NCBI GenBank assembly: GCA_964019425.1
Contig: OZ025795.1
Location: forward strand, 620,001 to 684,000
Origin: Flectonema sp. DT1601
Lineage: Eukaryota
Direction of reading: 5' to 3'
Length of the DNA: 64,000 bases
Numbering within the stretch: the stretch's first letter is position 1; every line of letters begins with the position of its first letter. The position numbers and the translations under genes are program-made. A model generated the notes under the pieces. It had not been told where the DNA came from, searched no databases, and worked only from the letters and a program-made list of their open reading frames with translations. Below are positions 42,895 through 55,241 of this stretch, in pieces.

Positions 42895-43578
42895 TTAATT
42901 AGAAGGACGTGTGTTAAATGTATCTATGACTTCAGATTGTCGGCGATTCTGAGTAGCTGGAACAGCAGACCTAGGAACAGATTCCCGGCGATTCTGAGCA
43001 GCTGAAACAGCAGACCCGGGAACAGATTGCCGACGAGCTGGAACAACAGACTCGGGTACAGATTGCCGGCGAGCCGGAACAGCAGACTCGGGAAAAGATT
43101 GTCGGCGATTCTGAGTTGCTGGAACACCAGAATCGGGAGCAGTGGGCGGCGTTGGAGGAAATTGCGGTAGCGCTGGTTGCATTAGGTCACCTGGTTGAAA
43201 ACCTTCCGGCTGTTGCTCCCCAACAGCTGAAGGATAAAACACGGGGGGCCTTTCTAAACGTTCTCTCGATGAATTGTACAATGCCATGGCTTCAGTATCA
43301 TTTTTCGCCTTTTCGTAATTAATAGCGTGAGGGCAATTTTCTTCATCATAAATTTGAACCTTTTTAACATCAAGTTCCTCAGGTATCGGAGACACGCTAA
43401 TGAAACGAGTCGTTTTATTGCAGACCAGCGGCTCTTGAAACTTCCTCATCACTGCCAGTTTACGTTCTGTTTTCTGTTTCGGCTTCCAGTAGAAATGATA
43501 CGCAGCAGAACAACCAGCGAGAACTAACACTAGAACGCTGACACCCACAACTATTAAGAAAATAGTTCCGTCAGTCAT
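42895..43578 (-). CDS. Single-pass membrane protein with tandem RRxS repeats in the tail
   Basis: N-terminal TM IFLIVVGVSVLVLVLAGCSAAY, Pro-rich region, five RRQS/RRES units. Acceptor CTCTCTCCCTCTAG at 43588. Confidence 0.82.
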   Translation of the reverse strand: MTDGTIFLIVVGVSVLVLVLAGCSAAYHFYWKPKQKTERKLAVMRKFQEPLVCNKTTRFISVSPIPEELDVKKVQIYDEENCPHAINYEKAKNDTEAMALYNSSRERLERPPVFYPSAVGEQQPEGFQPGDLMQPALPQFPPTPPTAPDSGVPATQNRRQSFPESAVPARRQSVPESVVPARRQSVPGSAVSAAQNRRESVPRSAVPATQNRRQSEVIDTFNTRPSN

Positions 43579-43936
43579 TTATAATAACTAGAGGGAGAGA
43601 GAGAATGAGAGTGAGATGGAGAACAAGATATTTGAATGAACTCAGCGTCTCCAAAACAAACCGTCTGACGTACTCAGATAATGTCGTTAATTTTGATGAC
43701 TGATTTCCTGTAGAACAACAAAATACAATTTTATTCCATTCAGAACCCAAAACACTAAATGTATCAATCTATAAGGTTTTCTAAAAAAGGATCAAAACTT
43801 AACTACAAATAACAATGACTGCACTGAGTACAGTCTTACTTCAAAGAGTTTACATAAAAAACAGAATTCGATGCTTCGCATTTCTCCCTCAGCACCTCAA
43901 CTTATTGCTCAATAATATTACTGACTGCAGACTAGT

Positions 43937-46147
43937 TCAGTTTGTTGTCGTTGCCGCTAAGATGTCAGTAGCGTCAGACCCAACCAAAGCTGACATGAGA
44001 AGTGATATCGCTGCTGAGGCTTCCTTTTGAATTGTGCTGTTTAATGAAAGGAGAGAAACAAGTTGCCGGTTTCTATAACGGAGCGCATCTTCAGCAGCAA
44101 CACGTAGACTCCGCTCAGTTTCGAGTTGCTGCTGCAGAGTTGTGACAGCCGTCTTTGTAGCAGTTGACTCTGTCGGTTCGAGAACTGATTGAGCACTAAT
44201 CTCTGCTGTCGGAATGTGATCGACGTGAATTGCACAATCAGGTTTCTGTTCTTCGGAGTCAGTTGTTTTGTTTGAAGATTGCTGTTGTGAAAGTGATCTG
44301 CCTCCACTCAGTTTTGTAGATTCGATAAAATACTCTCGAAGGTCTTGACTCGGAAGCCTGAGCTGACTCAGAGCGTTTACAACGGAACCAGACCTGCGAC
44401 TTGCCGATGTCGTGTTGCTGGTGTTCGAAACACCTGATGTTCCCGTCGAACAGGAGTTCGGATTGGATTGCTGCCCCTCCTGTTTGAGGTCTTCAACAGC
44501 CGAAGTGTTAAAAGATAGTTGTTTGTTTACTCCTTCGCTAACCATCGAACTGTTTGCGGATTGATTACCAATTCCGTAGTTGTGGTTTGGATTGGAATTT
44601 AGTTTTCTACCATCTGTTGCATTCGGATTCTTAATAAGAACTCCTTGTTGAACTGGAATGTCATTCTCTGGATGTGTTTGAGGTACAAAACCTGCACTAG
44701 GAGCGACGTGTTGATCAGAAGTGACGGAGACTTTCGGATCGTGTCGCTGTTGTTGGCGTTCATTTTCATCAAACGATTGCTGTCGGAGGATTACATTAGA
44801 ATTGGACTGCATCAGTTGAATAGCCAGCTGTTTATTTTGAATATTCGAACTGGTAGTGTTCTCTAACTTTGATACAACGCCATCAAGAAACGACAACGAG
44901 CGCGCCATTCCATTTGGAACTAACCCGCCACTTGTTATTGAAGACCCTCCACTTACACTACGAGATCCGTAATTATAATTATTATCAACTTGGAAGTCAT
45001 TTCCGTACGACGGCAGCGTTTGTCTTTCTGGAACAGGCTGTCGAACAACTTCCTCAAGATTGCTAACGATTGTTCCGTTAGTTTTATTTGGGTATTGCTG
45101 CTGTTCTCTTATGTTCTGTTGAGTGAAGTTGGTATTGCTGCCAGATGTGAAACCTTCTTGACGATGAATGTCTTGTTGGTGGGGAATATTAATAACACTT
45201 CCCCCTCCCTGTGTTCGTAATAAAGTTCCGCCAATGGTGACAGCCGAATGCTGGTGCTGCTCAGGTTTACTTTCGGAAGGGATGTTGAGCAGCTGCTGCT
45301 GGTTAACAAGAGAACTCTTCGGGGAACTCGAATTATTAACTTCCAGTTGATTCTGTTCTCGATTGTGTTCCTGTCTCTGTGAGTATCGAGGAACGTAGTC
45401 TGGAATTGTAACATTCTGACCAGCGGATTCCAACAAATGTTTGAAGGCCTCCTTGTTGATGGTGCAGCCCCTTCTGCTACTCACATTACTACCTTCAGGT
45501 TCTGATGATCTGAAGTCCGGTCGAACTACTAGTGGGCTGTCAGAGAGATTCTTAGGCCGCGTGTTTAGGTTGCTGATTTCCGTCATCGGTGTTCGGGACT
45601 TCAACTTCACATCGAAGTCTGCTTGCGCATCGCTGTGGTGTTTCAAATTTTCTGCTGACAAGGTATTCACATGATCTACATTTCTAAATGCCGATGTCGA
45701 TATCTTAGTTGTTGGGTGTGATGAGTGCATTCCTAAAGTAGGCAGCAGAGTATTATTAACGCTGTTCAATTCATTTTTATTTAAAACCAAATTATCCTTC
45801 TGAAAGGTGTCTCCCTGAAACGTGGAGGGGAGGGTGTCGCAAGATGTTGAAGTGCCAGATGCTGACCGAGCCTTTTCAAATAGGAAGTTTTGTTGTTGCT
45901 GAAGTGCTGTTACATTATAAGAGATAGCTGATCTTGATGATGAGGAGTTCGATGAAATCGTGAATCCTGCAGAACCAGCGCTACTTCCTCTCATGCTAAC
46001 ACTCGCATCTGATTTTAATTTTTCTAAATAATGTTCCGCTCCTAAGGCTTCTTCATCTGCTTGCCCTCCCACTAATGATGAACCAGGACCGTTAACGCTG
46101 GTTCCCCCTGCGATGGGGTTTTGACACGAATATCCCCATCGTCTCAT
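43937..46147 (-). CDS. Ser/Asn/Gln-rich disordered protein with C-terminal coiled coil
   Basis: 736-aa uninterrupted ORF on the cluster strand, with LQQQLETERSLRVAAEDAL heptads. Confidence 0.8.
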   Translation of the reverse strand: MRRWGYSCQNPIAGGTSVNGPGSSLVGGQADEEALGAEHYLEKLKSDASVSMRGSSAGSAGFTISSNSSSSRSAISYNVTALQQQQNFLFEKARSASGTSTSCDTLPSTFQGDTFQKDNLVLNKNELNSVNNTLLPTLGMHSSHPTTKISTSAFRNVDHVNTLSAENLKHHSDAQADFDVKLKSRTPMTEISNLNTRPKNLSDSPLVVRPDFRSSEPEGSNVSSRRGCTINKEAFKHLLESAGQNVTIPDYVPRYSQRQEHNREQNQLEVNNSSSPKSSLVNQQQLLNIPSESKPEQHQHSAVTIGGTLLRTQGGGSVINIPHQQDIHRQEGFTSGSNTNFTQQNIREQQQYPNKTNGTIVSNLEEVVRQPVPERQTLPSYGNDFQVDNNYNYGSRSVSGGSSITSGGLVPNGMARSLSFLDGVVSKLENTTSSNIQNKQLAIQLMQSNSNVILRQQSFDENERQQQRHDPKVSVTSDQHVAPSAGFVPQTHPENDIPVQQGVLIKNPNATDGRKLNSNPNHNYGIGNQSANSSMVSEGVNKQLSFNTSAVEDLKQEGQQSNPNSCSTGTSGVSNTSNTTSASRRSGSVVNALSQLRLPSQDLREYFIESTKLSGGRSLSQQQSSNKTTDSEEQKPDCAIHVDHIPTAEISAQSVLEPTESTATKTAVTTLQQQLETERSLRVAAEDALRYRNRQLVSLLSLNSTIQKEASAAISLLMSALVGSDATDILAATTTN

Positions 46148-47202
46148 CGAATTGTTAATACTGATTATAATAAAATAGTGTAATTATAAACAGCACTGAG
46201 CTTACCAATACTTATTTAAAATATTTAACAAGCATCTGATTTATGAAAACCCATCATCGCATTCTGGAAGAACAAAATAATTTGATTACTTAGAATAGAA
46301 ATCTATAAATCCTATTAGCTCAATGTTTTCTAAACTTTTTTCACATTTGTTTTAGTTCTTTCAATACATCAACAGGTACAGAATCGCTCTAACGGGACAC
46401 ACAACTCCATCTGCGTGTTACAAGGTACTCATAAAGTGAATTTTATCAAAAAAAAAAAAAAAAAAAAAAAAAAGAACAACAATCTCTCGCAGAACTTTCA
46501 TCCTCAAGGCGTTCTTGCTTACAATCTCCTTATTGAGATTGCAACAGTGTAATGCGGCAAGCATTCTTCAGAGAACTTTCAAAGAAATCAGCCTACTTCA
46601 ACTACACGTTGGCGAATACAAGAAAATAAGGAAAAGAAAAGAGAACAAAAAAAAAAAAAAGAAAAAAAAAAAAAGTACCTGAACTGCGACAAACGAGTGC
46701 GATAAAAAAAATAAAATAATATATAAATCGCTATTTAATTATTTCGCAACTTGGAAGGGGAAAGGGTTAACAATATAATCTCTAATTGGTTATCACAAGT
46801 AAGTGTCCTCAGCGTCAATAAGTCGCTTGGTTCATACGCACGCACAAGCCAGAGTTAGGTCACTTTATATCGGCTACGTAATCTTCAAACATTTAATTAC
46901 ATAAACTACGCCCACAGAGTAGCCTGAGTTGTGTGCCGACGTGTACTGGCACTGTTTTAATTGTTTTCAATATTTCATAAAGAAACTCTACTCTTCGTAC
47001 GTAAAATAATTTGCTGAACAAACCTTGTCGTATCTTTGTTAAGAAACGGATCTGGACTACGTCTTAATCCACCGTGACGTGAAACTGGAGGCGGAGCATA
47101 TTCGTGTGATGCAGTTGTATGTTGAGCTGCGCGGTTGCCCTGTTTGTATTTGTTTATACTACTGCGAATATAAATTAAATATAATTATAATACCATCAGT
47201 TT

Positions 47203-49524
47203 TCATACCCAATTCTGATTCTCGGGGCTGTTAACGAGCAGTGACGGTGGAGTTTTAGGCATCCGAGCAGCAGGGACGACGGTGAACAGTTTTCTGGCAG
47301 CATCAAACCATTTCGGATGATCAGATTGAAACTCTCCATTACTGTAACGACCTTCAATAGGAGTTGGGAATTGTCTGCTGACATGAGTTGTACCAGTTAG
47401 AGGGTTTGATGTTACAGTTGGTGTCGAATTGAACGGCTGCCTTGAAAGACCAGCCGGAGATTCAAAAGACGACGTCGAATACGAAACAGCTGCAGTACTC
47501 TGATGAGGTTTAACAAATCGCCTTCCACAGACATTAATAGAATCTCCACTCACTTGACTCGTAGTGGCTGGTGGCCTTGGAGAAGATCGTCCGCCACCAG
47601 GACTTCTCGGTGGAGGATGCTGTCCTTTTGAAATGTTTTCATTAATTTGATAATTTGACGTCGGACTGGCCGCAGAATGCAAACCAAAGGAATCCTTGCT
47701 CGTGGAACTCCCACCAGTTGCAAACCAGTTCTTGCTCACAGGACTAGTTGGGTAATGCGGAACAGGACTTCTCGATATGTGATATGTTGTCGATCGCTGC
47801 TCGTTACTATTCTTAGGAGAAGAAGAATCCCCATGAACTCCAATAGGAATTGGAGAGGCTGAAGGTCGATAAGTAGTTCCCTCACCTGTTGAGTATTGAC
47901 CTTGAGTTGCGATTAAATTTGAGTAAGTTTCTGGAGGAACAGAAGACGTACCTTTTGGTACTGGTGATGTGCGACCTGTATTGGTTATTTGAACACTACT
48001 TGAGTACGAACTCATTGAAGGTAACGGACTTTCAGAAGGCTTAAAGGAGACGGTTTTATTTTCTGAAAGATTCCAAATAACCGGAACAGGTGCCACTTGA
48101 GTTGATGAACCACCTACCGGACTCGGATCCCGAGCCGCAGGAGATATTCTCCCAGCAGTGACGGTACTTACAGCAGGGCGGAATTCTCCCCCACCTCGAG
48201 TATCGTATTTTAATGTACCCTCTGAAGTCTGATTTCCCTTAGCAAGAGGATGAGTACTAACGAACTTACCAGAAGTTACTGCACTGCTACTTTGCGGCTT
48301 GTTAATTGAAGAAGGACTGGTGGGTGGAGGTCGATCGATCGTTGTGTTTGGGGTAGTTGTTTGAATGGAATGATTCGAACTGTTGGGGCTCAACCTTCCA
48401 GTACTCTGAAAATGTTGATTATTCCCTGTCACAGGTCTCGTATTATCATTTCCCATACTGTGAGGTACTGTACTGTTCGTAACAACTCTCTGATTGCTAC
48501 TCTGCACAGCGGGTGTTGTGGTAGTTGTTACAGTTTGAGTGCGATACCCACCCGCAATATAATTACCATTCACAGGATTGCTATATCCTGGAGTTAAACT
48601 ACCTGCACTTGTCCAATTAGTTTCTGTTACTCCCTGAAACCCTACCGACTTTTCCATTCCATTATTTACCGCCTGAGGAATGTGCACCTTGTTTGCATCA
48701 CCTGCTGCATTCCAACCAGACATGTTTGTCAAAGGAGGGCTCGACCGCCCCCCAACAGGAAGGTAATTGGTACTCTCAGAAGGGGATATTCTCGTAGCTC
48801 CTTTATTGTTACTCTGTTGAGAAGTACCACCTGCCGAGTATCCATTTCCTGATGGCGGAATCGGTGATGGAGGAAGCGGTCTTCCCGTTGACTGACCTGT
48901 TGGTGTGTCTCCCTTTGAAGGAACAGAAAAACTACCACTTCCCTGTTGTGATAACGGAGTGCTGTAGTCAGCTCCAGAATACTGTTTTGTGGTTGTTGCT
49001 GTTGTTGAATAAGTTGGTAACGTACTTCTATGTGTTGAAGATATCGATTGAGATTGATGACCAGTTCTATTTCTGTAGTTGTTGTCGACTGAGTAACTAG
49101 TTGTAGTTGTGGATTCGAAGTCGCTGGGATTGACCAAAACAGGAGGACGTTTTGAAGTTATTCTCGAACTCGAATCAAACCGAACAGATGATTTGTTAGC
49201 TTGCTTCACATCCGGTGATGAAGGTACTGGTGATACTCTCGTCGGTAGATTTGGTTTTAACGCCGGTGGAGGATTCATTCCTCTCAAATTAATTTGTTTC
49301 TTTGATTCCGTCACTATCATTTTATCTGGTGCTACTGGTGATCTTATCTTCCTCGCTTCTGGTTGATAATCATTTCTTACTTCCAACATCTCTACGGAAT
49401 GTCTGCTATGTGTTTGTGTTTGCTCACTTGTAATCGAAGTCTCTTCGCTCGTAAAAGAATTAATACTTTCGCCGCCGCTGAAATACGCATCACCAGACAC
49501 GCTTCGCGATGCACTTCTGCTCAT
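47203..49524 (-). CDS. Ser/Thr/Pro-rich disordered protein with small conserved-looking C-terminus
   Basis: About 773-aa ORF from the in-frame ATG after acceptor TTCATTCCATTAG. Many R-x-S-P motifs and a C-terminal FQSDHPKWFDAARKLF. Confidence 0.8.
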   Translation of the reverse strand: MSRSASRSVSGDAYFSGGESINSFTSEETSITSEQTQTHSRHSVEMLEVRNDYQPEARKIRSPVAPDKMIVTESKKQINLRGMNPPPALKPNLPTRVSPVPSSPDVKQANKSSVRFDSSSRITSKRPPVLVNPSDFESTTTTSYSVDNNYRNRTGHQSQSISSTHRSTLPTYSTTATTTKQYSGADYSTPLSQQGSGSFSVPSKGDTPTGQSTGRPLPPSPIPPSGNGYSAGGTSQQSNNKGATRISPSESTNYLPVGGRSSPPLTNMSGWNAAGDANKVHIPQAVNNGMEKSVGFQGVTETNWTSAGSLTPGYSNPVNGNYIAGGYRTQTVTTTTTPAVQSSNQRVVTNSTVPHSMGNDNTRPVTGNNQHFQSTGRLSPNSSNHSIQTTTPNTTIDRPPPTSPSSINKPQSSSAVTSGKFVSTHPLAKGNQTSEGTLKYDTRGGGEFRPAVSTVTAGRISPAARDPSPVGGSSTQVAPVPVIWNLSENKTVSFKPSESPLPSMSSYSSSVQITNTGRTSPVPKGTSSVPPETYSNLIATQGQYSTGEGTTYRPSASPIPIGVHGDSSSPKNSNEQRSTTYHISRSPVPHYPTSPVSKNWFATGGSSTSKDSFGLHSAASPTSNYQINENISKGQHPPPRSPGGGRSSPRPPATTSQVSGDSINVCGRRFVKPHQSTAAVSYSTSSFESPAGLSRQPFNSTPTVTSNPLTGTTHVSRQFPTPIEGRYSNGEFQSDHPKWFDAARKLFTVVPAARMPKTPPSLLVNSPENQNWV

Positions 49525-49956
49525 ACAACATGGCGACACATATTGTTCGCCTAATGGAATGAAAATAGAATACAAACTTGCGTGATAAAGTAAGAATAAT
49601 TCTGTTCAATACAATCAATCAAAACACGTTATCTGATTGCCTATTTTTATTATTCCTATAAAATGATAACAGTAAGTAGCAAAGAATTGATAGAAGAGAA
49701 TACAATCAGAATCCAAATTGAGAAATTGTACACTAATTCTGTTCTTTTTCATTCTTTCTTCGTTTTCAATTATCTTAACGGCGGTACACTAACGAAAAGA
49801 ATACAACGAGTTTTTGTCATTAAGCAGAACAGTAATAATAATAATAAGTACCTTCGAGTTGAAGACACTCCGTGGTTGTTACCTCTTTGAACACCTCACT
49901 AGACGAGGTGGTTCACATACCAAACAACTATCACCTGGAGTTACTCTCCTCGATTA

Positions 49957-50461
49957 TCATTCTCTGTCACTACTGCCAGTTCGAAGGTAATCGCGAGTAA
50001 TATATTTTGGATCAGTTCCGTGTGTTCGGATATTTTCCACAAATCCGTCTTGTCCGATAAATCCGGCGTCACGTCTGACAACGTAGTGCTGTAAAGAGAT
50101 TTATTTTATTACTTCCCACAACGACATGTTTCCAACACAAATACGAAAGGAATGTACATACTCTATTCTTTGCTCCAGGAATAGAATCATAAAAGTAGTA
50201 TGCGTAGAACATTATTCCGTACGCTCCTGCAGCGAGAAACTTAAACCATCCTGGGGAAGAACTTCTCGACCAACTGTTGATTGTTATTTTATTGTAAAAG
50301 ACTTATAAACTATGTAAGGTGAACAGTAACAAAAACACAAACCCCGTTGGAGTCAAATTTGGAAGTGGTTTCGCAAAGCTGTTGGTTCTTTCGTGCCCAT
50401 AGAACTTGGTACTGTGGCCATAGCGGCTGACGTACTTTTCTTTTGGTATTTCGCCCGACAT
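49957..50461 (-). CDS. 120-aa single-TM protein, 3 exons (absent from ORF track)
   Basis: Exons 50461-50343, 50273-50162 and 50088-49957. GT-AG introns 50342-50274 and 50161-50089 keep frame. TM WFKFLAAGAYGIMFYAYYFY. Confidence 0.75.
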
Positions 50462-51760
50462 TTCTTTGTTTTCTTTCACCTGTTGTTGGATTGTAAAAGA
50501 ATTTAAATCACAGAAGGGAAAATAATAAATAAAATATATATAATTTTATTAACAATCACAAAAGACTACCAGGAATAAACCCGAAAAGGTTTTTTCATAA
50601 TCCGTGAGTTTGTTGTTTAGGTTCAAAGGTCTCTGTTTTCCCTATTATTTTCTTTTTTTTCTGATTCGACTAATTAATTCCTCTCAGTCTCAGTTGGAAT
50701 ATTTCCCCCCCAAAATTCAATTAAATTACAGAAGACTTCACAGAGCACAATGAGTGCTGCGAGAGTCGTCCTCCTCTACAAGCCGTACAAATTTCGGTGC
50801 TAGGGAAGAACGAAAAAAAAAAAAAGTTTCCGCGAAGTCTGTTGTCAAGTAGCTATATTTGGTTTCACGTTGACGCAAATTAGTGATTTGCGCCGCTGCT
50901 GGTGCACTATGCTGTTCTGTTTTTTTTCTTCCACTGCAAACTGCGGATCAAAAAAAAATAAAGAAATAACAATAATTAAAATTAAAAAAAAAAAAAAAAA
51001 AGGAAGAATCACTCACAATAGCACAGGACAAAACCGTGGATTGCACACAAGAATCGTTGTTTTCTATTTTTTAAAAGGGATAAATTGATACTTCTTTGTT
51101 GGGTTAACTGTTCGAGTTTGTACGTAAAATACAAATGTATTGTATCATAAACAACATAACGATAATTTAACATTAGTTCTGAGATACAGTGACTAAAGGT
51201 AATGTTAGTGTAGGCATACACTCTGCAATTGACGTAAATACTTTACTTTGTTGGGAGGGGTGATGTTTAACACCAGTTTGACGGAGCATGCATTGCGTTA
51301 ATGACTTGAAAATAAAATAAACAATAAGCCTGAGTTATATCTTCCTCAAAAGAGTAACTACTGACTCGGGTCGTCACACATGAGGTACTCAATTGAAACA
51401 AAGGAGTAGAATCACATTTGACGTTTTTTTTTGACAGCATTTGTTAGTTTTATAATGCAATCAAAAAAAAGAAAAAAAATTTATAAAAAAAGTAAATCAT
51501 TGAAATTTGAATGAAAGAAAAAAAAAAAAAAAAAAAAAATAATAAAATGATATTGTACAAAACCTCTCCCTTAGAGGTCTGTTATCTCGTGTATGAAACA
51601 AATGAACGTTACTTCAGTCAGTGTGGTGGCTCATTATTACCAATCGTGTGTAGACGGTAATTTAGCTCAATCGGAGGACACAACCACATATAAACTAACT
51701 GAGTGACAGGTATCACATGGCGGCTGTCATTTAAAACAGAAACCAAACCATGCAAGAGGA

Positions 51761-52859
51761 TTACTTTACCCATTCAGGTCTCTCTGAAGGGCAGACGGGT
51801 ATTTGCAGAGACTCAGCAACTGTCCTGTCCCCTATGAGAGCCGCAGTGGCAGCTTCAAAGGCTTTCACTTCAAATGCTCTGTTTTTTAATTATTAATAAC
51901 TTTTTCATCATATTAATGTCTTCGATTAATAAACAGAATTAAACAACACACCTGATAGTCTCTGTATCCAACCAACACCACTCATCAGTGTTGCAAAACA
52001 TTGCTTTATGAGCGTTGAGGACCATGTCGTAAATTGCGGATTTCAAAACAGCTTTTTCGACCTTGCTGTGAAGGGGAACATCGCAGACCATACGAACCAA
52101 CTTGTAGGCAGTCATGACTGGTGTTGTGTTACCAGGCCAATCCTTACCACGAAGAGGACCACGACCTGTTAATTTACTCTTATACCCTCGAGGGTCTCCA
52201 ACTGGTGGAGTAGCTCCCGACTTAGCAGGTGAGGGAGAAGCAGGAGATGCTGGGGATTCGCTACCACTCTCACTGTCGAGTATGATGTCTGGCATGTCAC
52301 CAACAAAATCATTTGCGATGTCCATCGTCATCACCTTCCTTTGAGAAAGTTCTTTTCCCGTAAGCTGAAAGACATTCTCCTGATCACCAGTGTCATTCTC
52401 ATAATGCATTGATTCAACACTAATAAATAATCTACTACTTAAATATGATTGTTTTGATGTGTACAGAGTAAGGACATATGGGAAGGCGTTCCAGCAACGT
52501 TCTTCGACGAATTTCGCGTCCTTCGGTAAGATGGCGTTCACAATTCTGGGAAGATTATTTCCGAAATGAATTTCCTTGACGGTATGAATTGATTCATCTT
52601 TGCTGAGCTCCTCACGCTCCTTCAATCTACCGTGTGCAGTGACGTTTGGACTGACACCTTTGTAAATGTTATTCTCTTTTACAACTACTCCAGCACTACC
52701 TCCCGAACCAGTACTTAACATTGTTGTCTGCCATGAGCTCTTAGCAGTCGTGTATAACTGTGCTCTTCTGTACTCTTCTAGATTCATCGGCATCGGAAGT
52801 CTATATTCAATGATCACATTTATCTTTGATGGTGACTTAACAAGTTCTGATTCCGACAT
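51761..52859 (-). CDS. Phosphatidylinositol transfer protein (START-like PITP), 2 exons, 341 aa
   Basis: Motifs IEYRLPMP..EEY..AQLY, HTVK, ERCWNAFPY, MTAYKLV, HKAMFC..DEW. Intron 51951-51879 restores the IRAFE C-terminal helix. Confidence 0.92.
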
Positions 52860-53667
52860 GTTTTATAAAGAAGACTATTGAAGTTAGTTATTGTAATCAG
52901 ATGCTACGTAACCATCTACTAAAAAGAATAATAAAATAAGGCCGGCCTTGGGTAACTAATAATATAAAAAAAAAAAAAAAAAAAAAACCTTTAGCAATGT
53001 TATACTAAACGATATGTGTAGAAATGAATGGCAAAATCTTGGCAGTCTTGGCAACCCTTCCTTTAATCCCAACCTTTGTGATGAATAGGTTCAACGTTTT
53101 ATTTTTGAAACAGGTCAGGAAAATCAAAACAAAGAGTTCAGCAACTTTTTTTATTCATATCGTTGCGAATTATTTAATCGGAAGGATACGGTGGGGACGT
53201 TGTATTCAAGCCCACAGTCGAATCATAATAAATAAAAAAAGGAAGCAACAAGTATGTGTGAAATCAGTAATTCATTACATATTACATTGATATTTATAAA
53301 CACAGTACAGTATCAGTATTTAATAATCAAATATGTCATCCAACTTGTGACGAGACAACTCTTCATCACTTCATAACTGAAGGATACCATTCTGGGATAC
53401 GACTGTCAGAGCGAGTGAATCAGTATTCCCGAAAAGGGAAACATAAAAAAGAAAACATCGAAAAAGAAAAGGGAGAATAATATTAGGCGTAGAAAACGGG
53501 AAAGAGCAGCTGATTACGAAATGAAAAACAACGACAGAGCGCAACATGGAACGCTCTATAAAGAGGTACCACTGCACTCAAAGTCGACGACTACAAACAT
53601 TCGCCGGAGAACCTTCATTGTGGTGCCGCACTCATCAGGTGGAAACTTATGGTGCGCGGCAAGCACA

Positions 53668-55062
53668 TCATTCGTACTCAGCAACGGGAATGGGGAGCAG
53701 GTTAGACTCCTGAAGTTGTTGCCGTTTGCGAAGACGGCAACTACTCCGACGAAGTTCAAGAGTACAAGAAGTCTGAGTAGGAGGAGAGGTTCCACTACTC
53801 GTTAGACTGCTTACTTCAGAAATCGTTGAATTATTACAACTCAAAGTGAAAGTCGGAGGTCCAATCGAACTACTAAAACTCCCAGTCGGGTTCGTAGTTG
53901 GGATCGGATCACTAGTTTGTTGTGTTTCACTCGTCTCTACTTCTAACAACGACTCACTGTCATCTCCACTGCCATCAGATGAAATAATATAATGTGACTG
54001 TTCTAGTCTTCCCATTGCAATCTTCACTCGGTGATCAGCCGCATCTTTAACGGCTTTCTTGGAGATAGGACTTGGGATATCACTCGTTTTTTCTTTCTTA
54101 ATCAATTCTTTGGCCCACTGTGAACTTTCCACCTGAACCACCAATAGTTCGTTTCGAGTGTAGGTGCCAATCTTGCCCGTTGATTTGGACTTCACTCGAA
54201 AAGCCATTCGAACAAAAGGACCAGCATCTGATAAGACTAGACCCTGTTCGTTTGTTTTTAGAATCGGATCTGTTTTTGATGTTCTTTGAGTTTCATTAAC
54301 AAGAACTGTTTCTCTAACTGAGGGACATGTAGTTCCTCTTATTAGTCGAGGTGAGTCAGTCGGAAGCCATTCTGAGTCAGATAAATATCTAACTTTTAAT
54401 CGATACCTCTTAACAGTACAGATGTATCCTTCTCTCCATACGAGATCATTACATAGAATTGTTACTTTAGGACCTTCTAATCGATCAATACAGTCCGTTG
54501 ATAAAGCTATCTTCTCATGGTGGATGTTATTTCCGAATATAACTGAAAGGTGGTGAGGGGATCCATCTGCCATTCCACAAACTCTTCCTGCTGTTCCTTT
54601 TTTAATAGTTGGAGATATGTTAACATTACATTCAATAACTTCACCTACTTGGAATATACCTTTTATTAAAGAACCTGTTGCTGCTATTGTTATCTCTCCT
54701 GAAGGAGTACTCCAAACACCAATTGGGCAGCTTGTTTCAGGAGATTGTAATAAGAAATGGTCGCAGTCATCATCTGTTGGCATGTACTTAGTCATCCTCC
54801 AGACACCTTTTGAGAAATATATCCACCTCGCATCTTTTCCTCGTTTTTCCCAAATCTTTACTCCGTTAACTTCAGCAGCACATCTACAGAAGTGTCCCTC
54901 GAGAAGTCGAATATTCTCATCTTTGCACCAGAAGCTTGCGAACCATATCTCCTCAGGCTGGTTCTTCTTCAGAGCAAACCCCTTCGATCTGCGGTAGTAT
55001 GCCGCTACAGCCAAGGCAAGTAATGCGGCCACGACAAACACAAATATCATCACCGCATTCAT
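53668..55062 (-). CDS. N-terminally anchored membrane protein of unknown function
   Basis: TM MIFVFVVAALLALAVAAYY followed by RR. ATG at 55062 follows acceptor ATTTTACAG. Ser/Thr-rich tail. Confidence 0.8.
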   Translation of the reverse strand: MNAVMIFVFVVAALLALAVAAYYRRSKGFALKKNQPEEIWFASFWCKDENIRLLEGHFCRCAAEVNGVKIWEKRGKDARWIYFSKGVWRMTKYMPTDDDCDHFLLQSPETSCPIGVWSTPSGEITIAATGSLIKGIFQVGEVIECNVNISPTIKKGTAGRVCGMADGSPHHLSVIFGNNIHHEKIALSTDCIDRLEGPKVTILCNDLVWREGYICTVKRYRLKVRYLSDSEWLPTDSPRLIRGTTCPSVRETVLVNETQRTSKTDPILKTNEQGLVLSDAGPFVRMAFRVKSKSTGKIGTYTRNELLVVQVESSQWAKELIKKEKTSDIPSPISKKAVKDAADHRVKIAMGRLEQSHYIISSDGSGDDSESLLEVETSETQQTSDPIPTTNPTGSFSSSIGPPTFTLSCNNSTISEVSSLTSSGTSPPTQTSCTLELRRSSCRLRKRQQLQESNLLPIPVAEYE

Positions 55063-55241
55063 GTCTTTTTTGACTGTAAAATAATTAAAGTTACAAATGC
55101 AAGAGACTTCTTCTACTTCACTGAGAGTGCCGTCAGATGACATGAAAACAGCCACACAGCTTACAACACTCCCGCTGTTCTCAAATATCTGTTTTCTATT
55201 TAAAAACGTAAACTAATCGGCGAGTTCGATAAGAAATAATT

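Noticed and set aside
53313..53370. Possible box C/D snoRNA on - (GTGATGA...CTGA)
   Set aside because: Short, with no convincing terminal stem or recognisable rRNA-complementary guide. Such motifs arise by chance in AT-rich DNA.
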